Source: a virus
Strand: one strand, 5' to 3'
Virus record (IMG/VR): IMGVR_UViG_3300023179_000093
Span: 1-64,000 of that record
DNA length: 64,000 bases
The notes beneath the pieces were generated by a model that worked only from the letters and a program-made list of their open reading frames with translations, was not told where the DNA came from and did not search any database. The position numbers and the translations under genes were made by a program. Shown here one piece after another: positions 28,308 through 37,509 of this stretch (the first letter of the stretch is position 1; each line of letters opens with the position of its first letter).

Positions 28308-29018
28308 CTATGCACTTAGGGCAAAGTACTTTTTGCTGATTCCGGAACAAATCACATTGACCTGATCTGTTGGGACAAACCCAGACTCAAATACGATTGA
28401 CCCACCATTCCTAGAAATCAAAAGATTGTCGGTTGTCGCTGCCGCCCCAAAGTTCAGATACATATCTGTGTCCGAAATATTTTGGAAAAGAAGGTATCGT
28501 CGGTTGGCGTCTGAAGCCAAAACTTGAGCGCTTGAGTTTGCAGTCGATGAAGTTGTACTTGCGGTACGAGTAACGGTGGAGTTGCGAGGACGAGTATTTA
28601 CATTCGTAACCCCAGAAGTGTCTACGGACAAAGGCCTTAAGCTAGTTCCGTCAGTCCCACCATATAAATTGGCAATGGTCGGAGCAGTTGCCCCAGTGGT
28701 TCCAGCTGAAGATAGCGTTACATCAAGTCTTCGCTTAGACCCATCAATCGTTGAAGTAATGCTATTCCCGGAACCATCCCGCAAATTTGACTCTGTAGGG
28801 ATCCGTCCGCTGGAGAGAGAAGGAAGTTTGCCATTAACAGACGACAAAGTTGTTTCAGTTGAAAAGCCACTGATACTTAGGCTTGCGCTGGACTCCACCG
28901 GAATTTTGCCACCCACCAAAGCTGGCAAGCGTTCTGAAAGAATCTTGTTAATCTTGACCGCTGTGATCGCCTGGTCGTCGTGACCCTCGGGTGACAAATT
29001 TGTAGGAATAGCTGGCAT
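28308..29018 (-). CDS. Putative virion fibre/decoration protein
   Basis: Ser/Thr-rich; repeated LP.L..G[KR]IP.ES; C-terminal RRYLLFQN.S...MYLNFG domain. Confidence 0.6.
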   Translation of the reverse strand: MPAIPTNLSPEGHDDQAITAVKINKILSERLPALVGGKIPVESSASLSISGFSTETTLSSVNGKLPSLSSGRIPTESNLRDGSGNSITSTIDGSKRRLDVTLSSAGTTGATAPTIANLYGGTDGTSLRPLSVDTSGVTNVNTRPRNSTVTRTASTTSSTANSSAQVLASDANRRYLLFQNISDTDMYLNFGAAATTDNLLISRNGGSIVFESGFVPTDQVNVICSGISKKYFALSA

Positions 29019-29073
29019 ATAACCTCAATTGTAAGTCGAAAAATTAACTGTCAATAGGGTTTACAAATTAAAG

Positions 29074-31200
29074 TCATAGTTTGATTTTCCACACGGTGTA
29101 TCCGTCGTGGGTTTTTCTCTCCACCATCTCTCCAGTCACGGCAAGGCTGGCCAACATACGACCTAGAGCTCGGCTGTTGCTGACAAACATCTTCACGCTA
29201 CCTGACAGCGAGGCGTCGTTTTGTATGGCTAGGAGAAGCTCGGTAGCCGTGCCTTTCCATTCGGTTTCCCCAGGGTGATCGGAGCGGTAGTTCTTGAGGA
29301 ACAACTCCAGAAACTCTTGGAACCCGTGGACGCTGGAGGATGCACGGCTCTCGGCTAGCAGCATGGGGTGGTGGTAGGACTTCACGCCGTACCGCTTGGA
29401 GCCAACGACCTCTGCCGGTATTTCCCAGTCCCGTAGCCAAGCGGCGAAGTGAGGTAACTCCTCCGACAACATCCGTTCGGTGTCCAGATGACCCATCGTC
29501 TCAAACAGCTTGTGCGACTTGAATTTGAAGAGGCTGATCTTGTCGAGGATGGAACCATCGGTGTGGGGGATCGCCTGGATGGATTCTGGATCGTCATTGA
29601 GCGTGTCGATGATTCTCCCCCGCCAATCCACGGTCTGAGCGTCGTGGAACTTGCGATGGTAGGAATGCTTGGTGTTGGCCACCCCACGCTTGATCATGCG
29701 GCTGAACCTTCGGTGAGCCTCGGAAGAATCCGCACTGGAGGAGTCGTCGACATTCCAGACGGAGACCTCGAACAACTCGTTGTTGAAGTCACGACCTTTG
29801 ACCAGGAAGTCGGAGGCGTCGGCTCCTCCACCCATCAGCTTGGCCACGATCTCGGTGCCAAAGAAGGTTTTGCCCTGACCCACCGGACCGGCAATGAAGA
29901 CGGCCTGCCCTGGGACAAGTTTCCCCTCGAGTGCCGAGACATAGAATCTCTTAAGCCACGCCATTAAGTAGGGGAGGGATTCGACTGGATCGATGGCGGA
30001 ATCCAAAAACTCGGCGATCCAAGGAAATCCCTGCCCCCATTCGTGATGCCCCTCGGCAGGCTGAAGAACCCGTGCCTTGGAGACATTGAGCATCCGTTTT
30101 CCGTTCTGCACCACGACTTCTCTGTGGTCGAAGAGGCAGGGGACGGCACCATGAACGACCCGAGCTTCCCGAATACGGCGAAGAGCCTCGTCGGCCTGGG
30201 AGAGGGAGCCTCGGGCGTCGGGAGCCGAGCTAAGCCCGAAAGTCCCGACGATATCCTGTCTGGCATCATCCTTGTTGGCGGGTCTCCAAAATCCCTCCAT
30301 ATCTTTCTTCCAATAGAACTTTCCGTCGTGCCAATAGCTTTGCATTGGGCCACCGAAGCGATCCTCCACAAACTCCTGCACCCACGCCGCACCGAACAAG
30401 TCCGCCCAAGACATAAACCCTTTGTTGGCGCGGGTAGAGTAGGAGATCATGCCGGTTTTGGTTACCTGGGCTCCCGTCCTGTCGATGTTGTCGTCGATCC
30501 AGAACAAGGGTCCACGAACTCCCTCCTCGAAAGGTCCGACCCAGCGGCCTGGGTAAAGTTCCTGCACCTTGGCGTAGACCCGATCCAAGGGGATCTGGAC
30601 CCTTCCTTCCCCACGATACTTCTTGGCTTTCTCGACGGCCTCGGAAAGAACGCTGTGGACGGCCTCGGTACGGATGGGTTGGTCGGAAAACTTCAAGGCT
30701 CCGGGGAACCAAGCGTAGTACTGGTCGGGTTTGTAAACGGCCTCGTCGAGGCGGGGAAAGAGGCTCTTGGCCTTTGTCTCGTTGACCAAAAGATGCAGAA
30801 ACTCTTTCAACACTCCCGGCAACACATGGATTGGCTCCTCGAACATCCACACCACCCGAGCCCCCGAACTGAAAGTCTTGTGAGCGTACATCGGCTTGAA
30901 ACCCGGCTTGGTCTCCCGGCTCAGACCCTCAACCAACTGCTCGTCGGTGAGGGGAGTGTCGTAATCGGCGATGAGGCCGTGCATCTTGAACGGCTCGTTG
31001 GATTTGCTGACCCGCACATGAGGGTTGAGACCCTCAAACCCAGAGACAAATAGGCCATCGGTCGTGTCGGCTTGGCACCACTTGCGGAACTCCTCCTTCT
31101 CCTTGAACTTGGGCAGGGTGACGGGAGCCACCTCCCACGGCTTTACGGGTTCGGCAGTTCGGGAGGTGAGGTTGGGGATTCTAAATAGAGTTGTCTTCAC
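29074..31200 (-). CDS. Primase-helicase (PrimPol-like N-terminus, SF3-like C-terminus)
   Basis: ADYD and T.SSG.R primase-like motifs; Walker A GPVGQGKT; FN..L...VDD. Confidence 0.8.
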   Translation of the reverse strand: MKTTLFRIPNLTSRTAEPVKPWEVAPVTLPKFKEKEEFRKWCQADTTDGLFVSGFEGLNPHVRVSKSNEPFKMHGLIADYDTPLTDEQLVEGLSRETKPGFKPMYAHKTFSSGARVVWMFEEPIHVLPGVLKEFLHLLVNETKAKSLFPRLDEAVYKPDQYYAWFPGALKFSDQPIRTEAVHSVLSEAVEKAKKYRGEGRVQIPLDRVYAKVQELYPGRWVGPFEEGVRGPLFWIDDNIDRTGAQVTKTGMISYSTRANKGFMSWADLFGAAWVQEFVEDRFGGPMQSYWHDGKFYWKKDMEGFWRPANKDDARQDIVGTFGLSSAPDARGSLSQADEALRRIREARVVHGAVPCLFDHREVVVQNGKRMLNVSKARVLQPAEGHHEWGQGFPWIAEFLDSAIDPVESLPYLMAWLKRFYVSALEGKLVPGQAVFIAGPVGQGKTFFGTEIVAKLMGGGADASDFLVKGRDFNNELFEVSVWNVDDSSSADSSEAHRRFSRMIKRGVANTKHSYHRKFHDAQTVDWRGRIIDTLNDDPESIQAIPHTDGSILDKISLFKFKSHKLFETMGHLDTERMLSEELPHFAAWLRDWEIPAEVVGSKRYGVKSYHHPMLLAESRASSSVHGFQEFLELFLKNYRSDHPGETEWKGTATELLLAIQNDASLSGSVKMFVSNSRALGRMLASLAVTGEMVERKTHDGYTVWKIKL

Positions 31201-31421
31201 ATTGTCCTTTCCGGCGGTTCAGGCCGTTTAATTCCAAACATCAAATTCTCTGTCCCTCGGATCTCGCTCATATCCACGCAGATGTGTTTGCCCGTGTCGT
31301 TAAGCTCGACCAAATAGACCGGGTTGTCGGACTTCCCATAGTCGATGACGGCAATCCACAAACCTTCCCCCTTGGGTGTTTGCACCCATCGCTCGTTAGG
31401 CAGGAAGGTCCACTGGCTCAT
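31197..31421 (-). CDS. Hypothetical protein
   Basis: V.TPKGEG...AVIDYG motif. Confidence 0.65.
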   Translation of the reverse strand: MSQWTFLPNERWVQTPKGEGLWIAVIDYGKSDNPVYLVELNDTGKHICVDMSEIRGTENLMFGIKRPEPPERTM

Positions 31422-31684
31422 TTTCCAGCTTTCCTATGGAGTTCTTCCCGGAGTCTGTCGGTTGTCTCAGTGCCGGGGCTTACTTCCTCTGGCTCCTTGT
31501 ATTCAATCTCCCCGTCGATGTTGTAGCCGCACCCTTGAAGGAATGGCTTGAGTTGCGATATGATTGTGTCGACATCCTCTGCCACAAACTCAAGAGTTGT
31601 TTTGGTTGGAATCTCAAACGAGCCCCGGGTATGATAAGTTTCGCACGGAGGTTTGACGGATTCTCCGATGAATGTGAATTTCAT
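31418..31684 (-). CDS. Hypothetical protein
   Basis: MKFTF...EF.A...FLQGCGY. Confidence 0.65.
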   Translation of the reverse strand: MKFTFIGESVKPPCETYHTRGSFEIPTKTTLEFVAEDVDTIISQLKPFLQGCGYNIDGEIEYKEPEEVSPGTETTDRLREELHRKAGK

Positions 31685-31687
31685 TTC

Positions 31688-31894
31688 TTACCTCTTTTCG
31701 CCCTTAGCTTTTTTGGTTTTGTTCGACTTGCGTCGCAGGCCATACAAAGAAGTGATTCTTCGACAAACCTCTTTCCACATTTCAGACACTTTCTCCATTT
31801 TGGTTCTTTCATTCGGATTCCTTCCATAGGGTGCGGTTTTCCACTTTCCAAAAACCGGGTTGAAGTGAGGTTTGTATTTCATTTTTTGTAACAC
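31688..31894 (-). CDS. Small basic hypothetical protein
   Basis: Packed ORF. Confidence 0.45.
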   Translation of the reverse strand: MLQKMKYKPHFNPVFGKWKTAPYGRNPNERTKMEKVSEMWKEVCRRITSLYGLRRKSNKTKKAKGEKR

Positions 31895-33636
31895 TCCGCT
31901 TCGTGGGACTCGGCCTCGATTGGGCAGCCTTCCAGCCAGTCGGGTGTCACGGCCATGAGTCGGTTCACATCTTCGCAGGTCACATCCTGGTCAACTTCTA
32001 GGATCACCTCGTCGTGGACATGAGCCAGAATGGAAAGGCCAGCGTCTTCCAGCCTTAAGAGGCACTCTCCAAAGACATCCCTAGCGGTGGCTTGGACAAG
32101 GTTCTCGCAGAGCTTCCCACCCCAGAAGGGGAACTTGGGTCCGCCCATGTTGACCGAGGCTCTCCAATCTGGGCGACCATGCGGTCCCATCTGACTGGTG
32201 ACGCCAAAGTATTTCTGGGAACGGCCAGAAGGCAGTTCGATGTGGCAGTCCTCGCTTTGTGACTCTTTGAGCGTTCTTTCTAGGCGGTTCCAAAGGGCTA
32301 CCACTTTGGTGTTCTTCCTTCGGTACCGATCGACAATCTCCTTTGATCTTGATTCATCCAAGTCAAGACCAGCCATCATTTTAGCCACCAAAACGAACTT
32401 CTTGTACCCGCACCCATAGCCCAGACCCAAGACCTGTGCCTTGGCCAGAGCGTACTTGGCCGGGTCACCCTTTTTCAGCGTCCCCTTGTTTCCATTCCAG
32501 ATCCCCGAGGCAACGGCAAAGGCCTCGTAGATGCCGTAGCCATGACGCATGGCGTTAAGGAGTTCCTCGTCTCCGCACAGCCAAGCCAAAACTCTCGGCT
32601 CAATCTGAGCCAGATCGGAGATGATGAATTTCTTCCCTTCTCTTGGGACGATGCAGGCTCGTAGGTCGACCCCGTGAATCTCGCCCTTAGGCAGGTTCTG
32701 GAAGTTAAACTTGGATTCCCCCGACCAGCGTCCGGTCTGAGCACCAAAGTACTTTAACCCAAAAGGAACAGAACCATCAGGCCGTCTCCGTTTCCATAGG
32801 ATCTCCAACTTAGTGAAGAGCATGTTGGCCTTTCGCCAATCCCGCATCGCCGCCACCCAAGGAAATTTCTCACCAAACTCTTCCTCCCAACGGATGCAGG
32901 CCGGGTCATCTTCCGAGGTTGAGGGAGGGACTGGAATTCCAGCTTCTCGGCAGGCTCTGGCTAGTTCGGATACCTTAAGAACATCCCCAGTGTGGTCGTC
33001 ATTTGCCCAGGGCAACTTTTCGTTGGCTTTGATACGAATCCAATCAAGGACATTGAGACCCTTGTCCACCAAAGGGGAATCAACGGCAAACCCTCTCCAC
33101 CCCATCTCAATCGTCTGCCGAGATAGGCGTTGCTCGTTTTCGGGCATGCGACCAAGGAAAGTCTTCGCAAGGTCGAGGCAGTGTTTGGAATCGTTAAGGG
33201 CGTACTCTTCAATCTCCTTGGCCTTGCCTAGGGCAACCACATCGTTCCAAGTCTTGCCCTTCATAAACGCACGAGGATCCTTGTCGACGGCAACACCTAG
33301 GAGCTCTTTGGACGCCCCGCCAAGATTCCTCGGAGCACCCATAAAGACGGACAAGTTAGCCGTGCAAGTGAAGGTGCTAGGAAGGGCCTTCGTAATCCCA
33401 CGCTCCCGCAGCACCTGCATGACGGCTCCGTCAAAGCTGTAGTTGTGGGCAACCCAATGCTTCCCATCGATTTTGTCCCAGGGAGCTTTTTCGGGTCGGC
33501 CTACATACTCCAGACCTGGCCCCACAATGGAGACCAAATAAACATCGGTTGAGGGGTGGCGTAAGTAATGCCACTGCCCCAAAGCATCAATGTTGACGTC
33601 TGAAGAGTACGTCGTCTCGAAATCGACGGCGTACAT
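31879..33636 (-). CDS. Family A DNA polymerase with 3'-5' exonuclease
   Basis: Exo DFET/HN..FD/YA..D; TGRWS; motif A DLAQIE.R; motif B K...LGLGYG; EN.VQA.ARD; motif C HVHDE. Confidence 0.93.
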   Translation of the reverse strand: MYAVDFETTYSSDVNIDALGQWHYLRHPSTDVYLVSIVGPGLEYVGRPEKAPWDKIDGKHWVAHNYSFDGAVMQVLRERGITKALPSTFTCTANLSVFMGAPRNLGGASKELLGVAVDKDPRAFMKGKTWNDVVALGKAKEIEEYALNDSKHCLDLAKTFLGRMPENEQRLSRQTIEMGWRGFAVDSPLVDKGLNVLDWIRIKANEKLPWANDDHTGDVLKVSELARACREAGIPVPPSTSEDDPACIRWEEEFGEKFPWVAAMRDWRKANMLFTKLEILWKRRRPDGSVPFGLKYFGAQTGRWSGESKFNFQNLPKGEIHGVDLRACIVPREGKKFIISDLAQIEPRVLAWLCGDEELLNAMRHGYGIYEAFAVASGIWNGNKGTLKKGDPAKYALAKAQVLGLGYGCGYKKFVLVAKMMAGLDLDESRSKEIVDRYRRKNTKVVALWNRLERTLKESQSEDCHIELPSGRSQKYFGVTSQMGPHGRPDWRASVNMGGPKFPFWGGKLCENLVQATARDVFGECLLRLEDAGLSILAHVHDEVILEVDQDVTCEDVNRLMAVTPDWLEGCPIEAESHEAECYKK

Positions 33637-33842
33637 TATGGAACGATAATTCTGGAAGGTTCCTCTGAAGGGTTCTCAACCTCCTGCGTCAAGATCTCAA
33701 GAAGGTTAGCCACCCTCTGATAAATCTTTTGCGCTGCCGCCAACTCTAGGTCGGTTGCTGAAAAACGATCCAAATGGATCTCAAAATTTAGTTTTGAGTT
33801 TTCCTTGTCCTCGGTTGATCTGACTCTTACATCTACGCTCAT
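33636..33842 (-). CDS. Hypothetical protein
   Basis: Coupled ORF. Confidence 0.55.
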   Translation of the reverse strand: MSVDVRVRSTEDKENSKLNFEIHLDRFSATDLELAAAQKIYQRVANLLEILTQEVENPSEEPSRIIVP

Positions 33843-34057
33843 TCGCTGTTTCCTTTCGTTTTGTGCCAGGATCCAATTATTTCCACCGGCTCCTTGAGGG
33901 GAGGGAAGTCGTAACGAATCTGGTCTTCCAGTTCCTTAATCCGCTGTTTAAGCCCAAAGTTCTCAGCCTCAATCGTCTCAATAGCCTTTTCCAGCTTGGC
34001 CAGACGAATGTCTTCCTTTGTTATTTCGGGTTGGCTGGTCATCGCTCTTTCCTCCAC
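33839..34057 (-). CDS. Hypothetical coiled-coil protein
   Basis: Coupled ORF. Confidence 0.55.
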   Translation of the reverse strand: MEERAMTSQPEITKEDIRLAKLEKAIETIEAENFGLKQRIKELEDQIRYDFPPLKEPVEIIGSWHKTKGNSE

Positions 34058-34158
34058 TTGTCAAAAGCCCAAGCGCAGAAGCAACAGACGAACACGATGG
34101 CTATGGTTGAAACGACAACACCCACGGAAAAAAAGATATACTTTAGGGCTTCAATCAT
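34039..34158 (-). CDS. Small membrane peptide
   Basis: MIEALKYIFF... single TM helix; ATGA coupling. Confidence 0.45.
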   Translation of the reverse strand: MIEALKYIFFSVGVVVSTIAIVFVCCFCAWAFDKWRKER

Positions 34159-34382
34159 TTTTTCCGCCCTCGTTTTTTCCCGACAAACACTTCCTCGGCC
34201 TTCCGAAAAGGCCAAAGCTTGTTTGCGATTTTCAGATGTTTCGGCCAAGTGTAGGAGACATAGGATGTCTTTCCCGAGTTGGTCGTGTACGAGGTTGTGT
34301 GAAACACCGAGCGGTGTCTGATCCAAACGTAGGTGTAATGGCCTATCCATCCTAGGATTAGGCCGATAACAAAGAGTTGCAT
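34155..34382 (-). CDS. Small membrane-anchored protein
   Basis: GGAG RBS; N-terminal TM helix. Confidence 0.5.
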   Translation of the reverse strand: MQLFVIGLILGWIGHYTYVWIRHRSVFHTTSYTTNSGKTSYVSYTWPKHLKIANKLWPFRKAEEVFVGKKRGRKK

Positions 34383-34615
34383 CGGTCTCCCTCCTTTAAT
34401 TGTTGATTGATCCTCTCTTTTAAATTTCGGTTCTCTCTGCGAAGGTCTGCGTTCTGTTGCTCCAGTTCCGCCAAAAAGGTCAAATGCTCCTGGCAGAGGT
34501 GCATGAGTCCGTCCGAAACCTTATTGGCTTCCTCGGCGTGTTTTCGAACACGACCAAGTTCGTCCGTCAACCCGTGGTAGAAGTCCCGTAGCCGATTGAT
34601 TTCTCGATCGCTCAC
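34358..34615 (-). CDS. Coiled-coil hypothetical protein
   Basis: GTG start after GGAGG, coupled to a 57 aa ORF at 34612-34785. Confidence 0.55.
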   Translation of the reverse strand: MSDREINRLRDFYHGLTDELGRVRKHAEEANKVSDGLMHLCQEHLTFLAELEQQNADLRRENRNLKERINQQLKEGDRCNSLLSA

Positions 34616-34769
34616 AGGACATCCTCCTTGACCATCCACGCCATCACCCGATCCACCGTTTCTTCCTTGGTTGAAAAAACCATAGTAACGACGGATCCAG
34701 TCGTCGGATCGGTTGAGAAGGTGAGGTGGGGAAACCACCTGTTGGCTAGCCATACGAATAGCCTCATCC

Positions 34770-35081
34770 TTAACGCTTCGAGCATTTTGAGGCCTTTTTC
34801 TCTTCCTCCATCACATCCTCAATGGCTCGGACGATGGCGTATCCAAACAGCTTGTGTTTGTCGGACTGGATAAGATCACTGCCAATCTGAGCCACCTTCG
34901 TGAAAGTTTTGTCGTCGGTCTGGAAGCTCACCTCGCACATCTCGATATCCTTCGAACCAAGATAAGTAATGACCCCAAGCTTGTTCTGATTGACCCGTTT
35001 GGCGTGTTCGACCAAAGCCTTGTCCATATCGACCTTGACGCCAACCCGCTGCTTCTTTTTGGTTTGTTTCTTAAGTCTCAT
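34770..35081 (-). CDS. Hypothetical protein
   Basis: Packed ORF. Confidence 0.55.
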   Translation of the reverse strand: MRLKKQTKKKQRVGVKVDMDKALVEHAKRVNQNKLGVITYLGSKDIEMCEVSFQTDDKTFTKVAQIGSDLIQSDKHKLFGYAIVRAIEDVMEEEKKASKCSKR

Positions 35082-35458
35082 TCAACTTTACCTTTCTTGG
35101 TTTTAAAAAGTAGAAACGCCGCCCTTACAAGGGCTCGCTCCAGATGATCGACAGCATCCTCTCCATGACTGTCTTTCTGAGCTCTGTTGCCATCCAGTTG
35201 CATCATCGCCTGACACACATGCCCGACACATCGGTCGGCGTTGTATCGGCGAGAGTCCGTATGGAACCACTGCCCAAAAACACTTTTGTCGCTCCCTTTC
35301 GTCATAATCCGATGGATGACTTCCCAAGCCGTATCCGCCACTTCGAGGATGGATGGGACATAAAGTTCCGCGCTTGTTTCTAAAGCTGAGGAGGTGCTGT
35401 CTTGTGTTGGAGCCGTTGCAGGATCTCCCTGCACACCATGAGCGGGAACTTCAGTCAT
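35078..35458 (-). CDS. dATP/dGTP diphosphohydrolase-like protein
   Basis: M..G..K....W...H.......D..G...HL..A..R pattern. Confidence 0.45.
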   Translation of the reverse strand: MTEVPAHGVQGDPATAPTQDSTSSALETSAELYVPSILEVADTAWEVIHRIMTKGSDKSVFGQWFHTDSRRYNADRCVGHVCQAMMQLDGNRAQKDSHGEDAVDHLERALVRAAFLLFKTKKGKVE

Positions 35459-35459
35459 T

Positions 35460-36233
35460 TTAGCTGTTGAGGCTTCGCACGAATTCGACGAACTCGGGCG
35501 TGTGCTTCGTTGCCAGCTTGACCGTCGGCACATACCAACTGGCCACGCTGCTTGTCCGCAGGCTTGAGGTCAGTTCGTAGGCAGCCGTATCGATCCCTTC
35601 ACGGAGCGGTCCCTGGGAGTCCGTAAAGATCTTCCGTCCAGTTGCCCGATAGGCACTCTTGGTGAGGAGCCACTGGGCGCGAGCGTAGTAGTCCCCATTA
35701 AAATCGTAGGGGAACAACGGATGCTCTTTGGCTGGAGACTTCACAAGAACGATGCAGGTCATCGCCTCGGAATAGGTGTCGGTTCCTTCTTCCACATCGG
35801 CGTCACCCGCCAAAGCTCCACCCGCTTCACGCACATCACGGATCGAGGCGAAGTTCTTCGGCATTTCGCCAGAGCCGTAGGGGACATCCTGAATGTAGAA
35901 TTTGACCAGACGAAGAATCGTGATTGGAGTCGGCTTCTTGCCATCCCCAAGGACGATTTCCTTGTTGTAGACAAACGAGCCAGGAGCGAACTGGTTGGAC
36001 AGGTCGCCGGTCTTGTTGACGAGGTTGAGCCGAGGGATGATTAAATCCCGATGGCTGAACTCACCCTGAATCTGGCCATCAACCGAAGCTCTTACCGTAA
36101 GGCTGGTCGATGCGGTTTCGGTGACTGCCAGTTCTGTCGAGGTCTCTTCAACGACCTCCTCGACTGGCTCCACTCGTCTGGGTTGCGGTTTCTGGATTGG
36201 TTTAGTCGCAGGTTTTGCGAATGATGTTTTCAT
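35460..36233 (-). CDS. Putative ssDNA-binding protein
   Basis: D..IPRL.L...PG.F motif; position between the nuclease and the polymerase. Confidence 0.55.
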   Translation of the reverse strand: MKTSFAKPATKPIQKPQPRRVEPVEEVVEETSTELAVTETASTSLTVRASVDGQIQGEFSHRDLIIPRLNLVNKTGDLSNQFAPGSFVYNKEIVLGDGKKPTPITILRLVKFYIQDVPYGSGEMPKNFASIRDVREAGGALAGDADVEEGTDTYSEAMTCIVLVKSPAKEHPLFPYDFNGDYYARAQWLLTKSAYRATGRKIFTDSQGPLREGIDTAAYELTSSLRTSSVASWYVPTVKLATKHTPEFVEFVRSLNS

Positions 36234-36235
36234 AT

Positions 36236-37333
36236 TTATTTTTCCTTTGTTCTTTGTAGGTATCGAATGTCTTCCCCACCTTGCAGGACTCCCGCATCAG
36301 TGAGTCGGTCTTCGATCTCCTGTTTAAACTTCTCCTTGGAGCCTCGCGGCGCCTTATCGGAGTAAGCTTTCAGAAGTTGGGCAACGGACACTTCTGTCAC
36401 GGCGGCAAATTCTTCTGGGCTAAGCCGATCCTTCACGAGCTCCCAAGTGACCTGGGGATCGGTTACCGACCTGCGGCCAGCCCTAGATTTAAGTTCAAAT
36501 CCGGGTATCTCTTCTCCCGTTTCCAGTGCGTGTCTTAAATTGTCTCGACGAACCTTCTCGCACCACGGCTCTAGAATTCTCCTAAGAACCTCTGCCTTGC
36601 TCCGCAGCTGTGGAGTCGCCAGCTGCTCCGGGTTGTAGAGGTCGAGCAATTCCTTGTCTGGCGCAAGCTCCACAAACTTGCTGGAGATAATCAGAGCCTT
36701 TTTGTGAAGAGCCGTGCATGTCGCCTTGGCTCCACAATACAAACAAGAAAACTCGCTTGGCCTTAAATCCTCTGGCTTGTGATCCTTGGCTCGTGCGATG
36801 ACCGCCATCACACGAAGCTTCATCCGCTCTAGGTCAGCCTTACGGTAGAAATTTGCACGGCTAACCATATCCAGCCTAGGTTGAGCAAAGACCACTTCGA
36901 CATAGTCAACGGAAGGCCATTTCTCAAATACGCCAATGGCATAAGCCCATCCCTGGAGATTGGTTTCAGCGTCCTCCACCGCACTCCACCCAAACTTGGC
37001 GTCACCAATCTTTGCGTAAGCTCCATTGACGAGCACTAGATCCGCCGTCCCAAATGTCAGATCCATAATCCCAAGGCGAAGCTCTTGGTGGGTTTCAACT
37101 TTTGAGTCGCCCTTTTCAAGCTCTTCCCGCATTGCGGCAAACAAGTCGCTTACAAGCGTTACGCATCTTGTCTGCTCTTCATTAAGTCCCTTTAAGTCGC
37201 CTGTCTCCAAGGCCTTGTGCATCATCGTTCCCTCGGCAGCCTGGACAGATTGCGATCCCTCGTCGGGCTTCCAGCCTGGGCAGGCTTCCCGATACATCAG
37301 CTGAGAAGGGGAGAACTCGTGGTGTCCGCTCAT
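36236..37333 (-). CDS. Cas4-like PD-(D/E)XK exonuclease (DUF2800-like)
   Basis: H...SPS...CPG, GT..H, GTAD, D.KFG, Q...YA and C.YC....C motifs. Confidence 0.85.
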   Translation of the reverse strand: MSGHHEFSPSQLMYREACPGWKPDEGSQSVQAAEGTMMHKALETGDLKGLNEEQTRCVTLVSDLFAAMREELEKGDSKVETHQELRLGIMDLTFGTADLVLVNGAYAKIGDAKFGWSAVEDAETNLQGWAYAIGVFEKWPSVDYVEVVFAQPRLDMVSRANFYRKADLERMKLRVMAVIARAKDHKPEDLRPSEFSCLYCGAKATCTALHKKALIISSKFVELAPDKELLDLYNPEQLATPQLRSKAEVLRRILEPWCEKVRRDNLRHALETGEEIPGFELKSRAGRRSVTDPQVTWELVKDRLSPEEFAAVTEVSVAQLLKAYSDKAPRGSKEKFKQEIEDRLTDAGVLQGGEDIRYLQRTKEK

Positions 37334-37509
37334 TAGCTTACCCACTCGTCTCGAATTGCTTCGTATTCCTCCATCGCACCTTGGAAATCTTCTTCCCACT
37401 TGGGGATGTCACGCCCCTTGATGCCTTCGAAATATTGGACTCCGAGGACATAGAACTGCCCGGACACCCGTTGAATTCGATCCTGCAATGCTTCTGTTTT
37501 TGTTTTCAT
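37333..37509 (-). CDS. Small hypothetical protein (58 aa, not in ORF track)
   Basis: MKTKTEALQD...; coupled at both ends (ATGA, TAATG). Confidence 0.55.
   Translation of the reverse strand: MKTKTEALQDRIQRVSGQFYVLGVQYFEGIKGRDIPKWEEDFQGAMEEYEAIRDEWVS

Noticed and set aside
30043-31053. 336 aa plus-strand ORF
   Set aside because: Antisense shadow of the GC-rich primase gene; no recognisable motifs.
34358-34753. Single 131 aa gene
   Set aside because: Better explained as two coupled genes, 34612-34785 and 34358-34615.
36236-37333. CRISPR-associated cas4
   Set aside because: No other cas genes; this is a standard phage replication-module nuclease.
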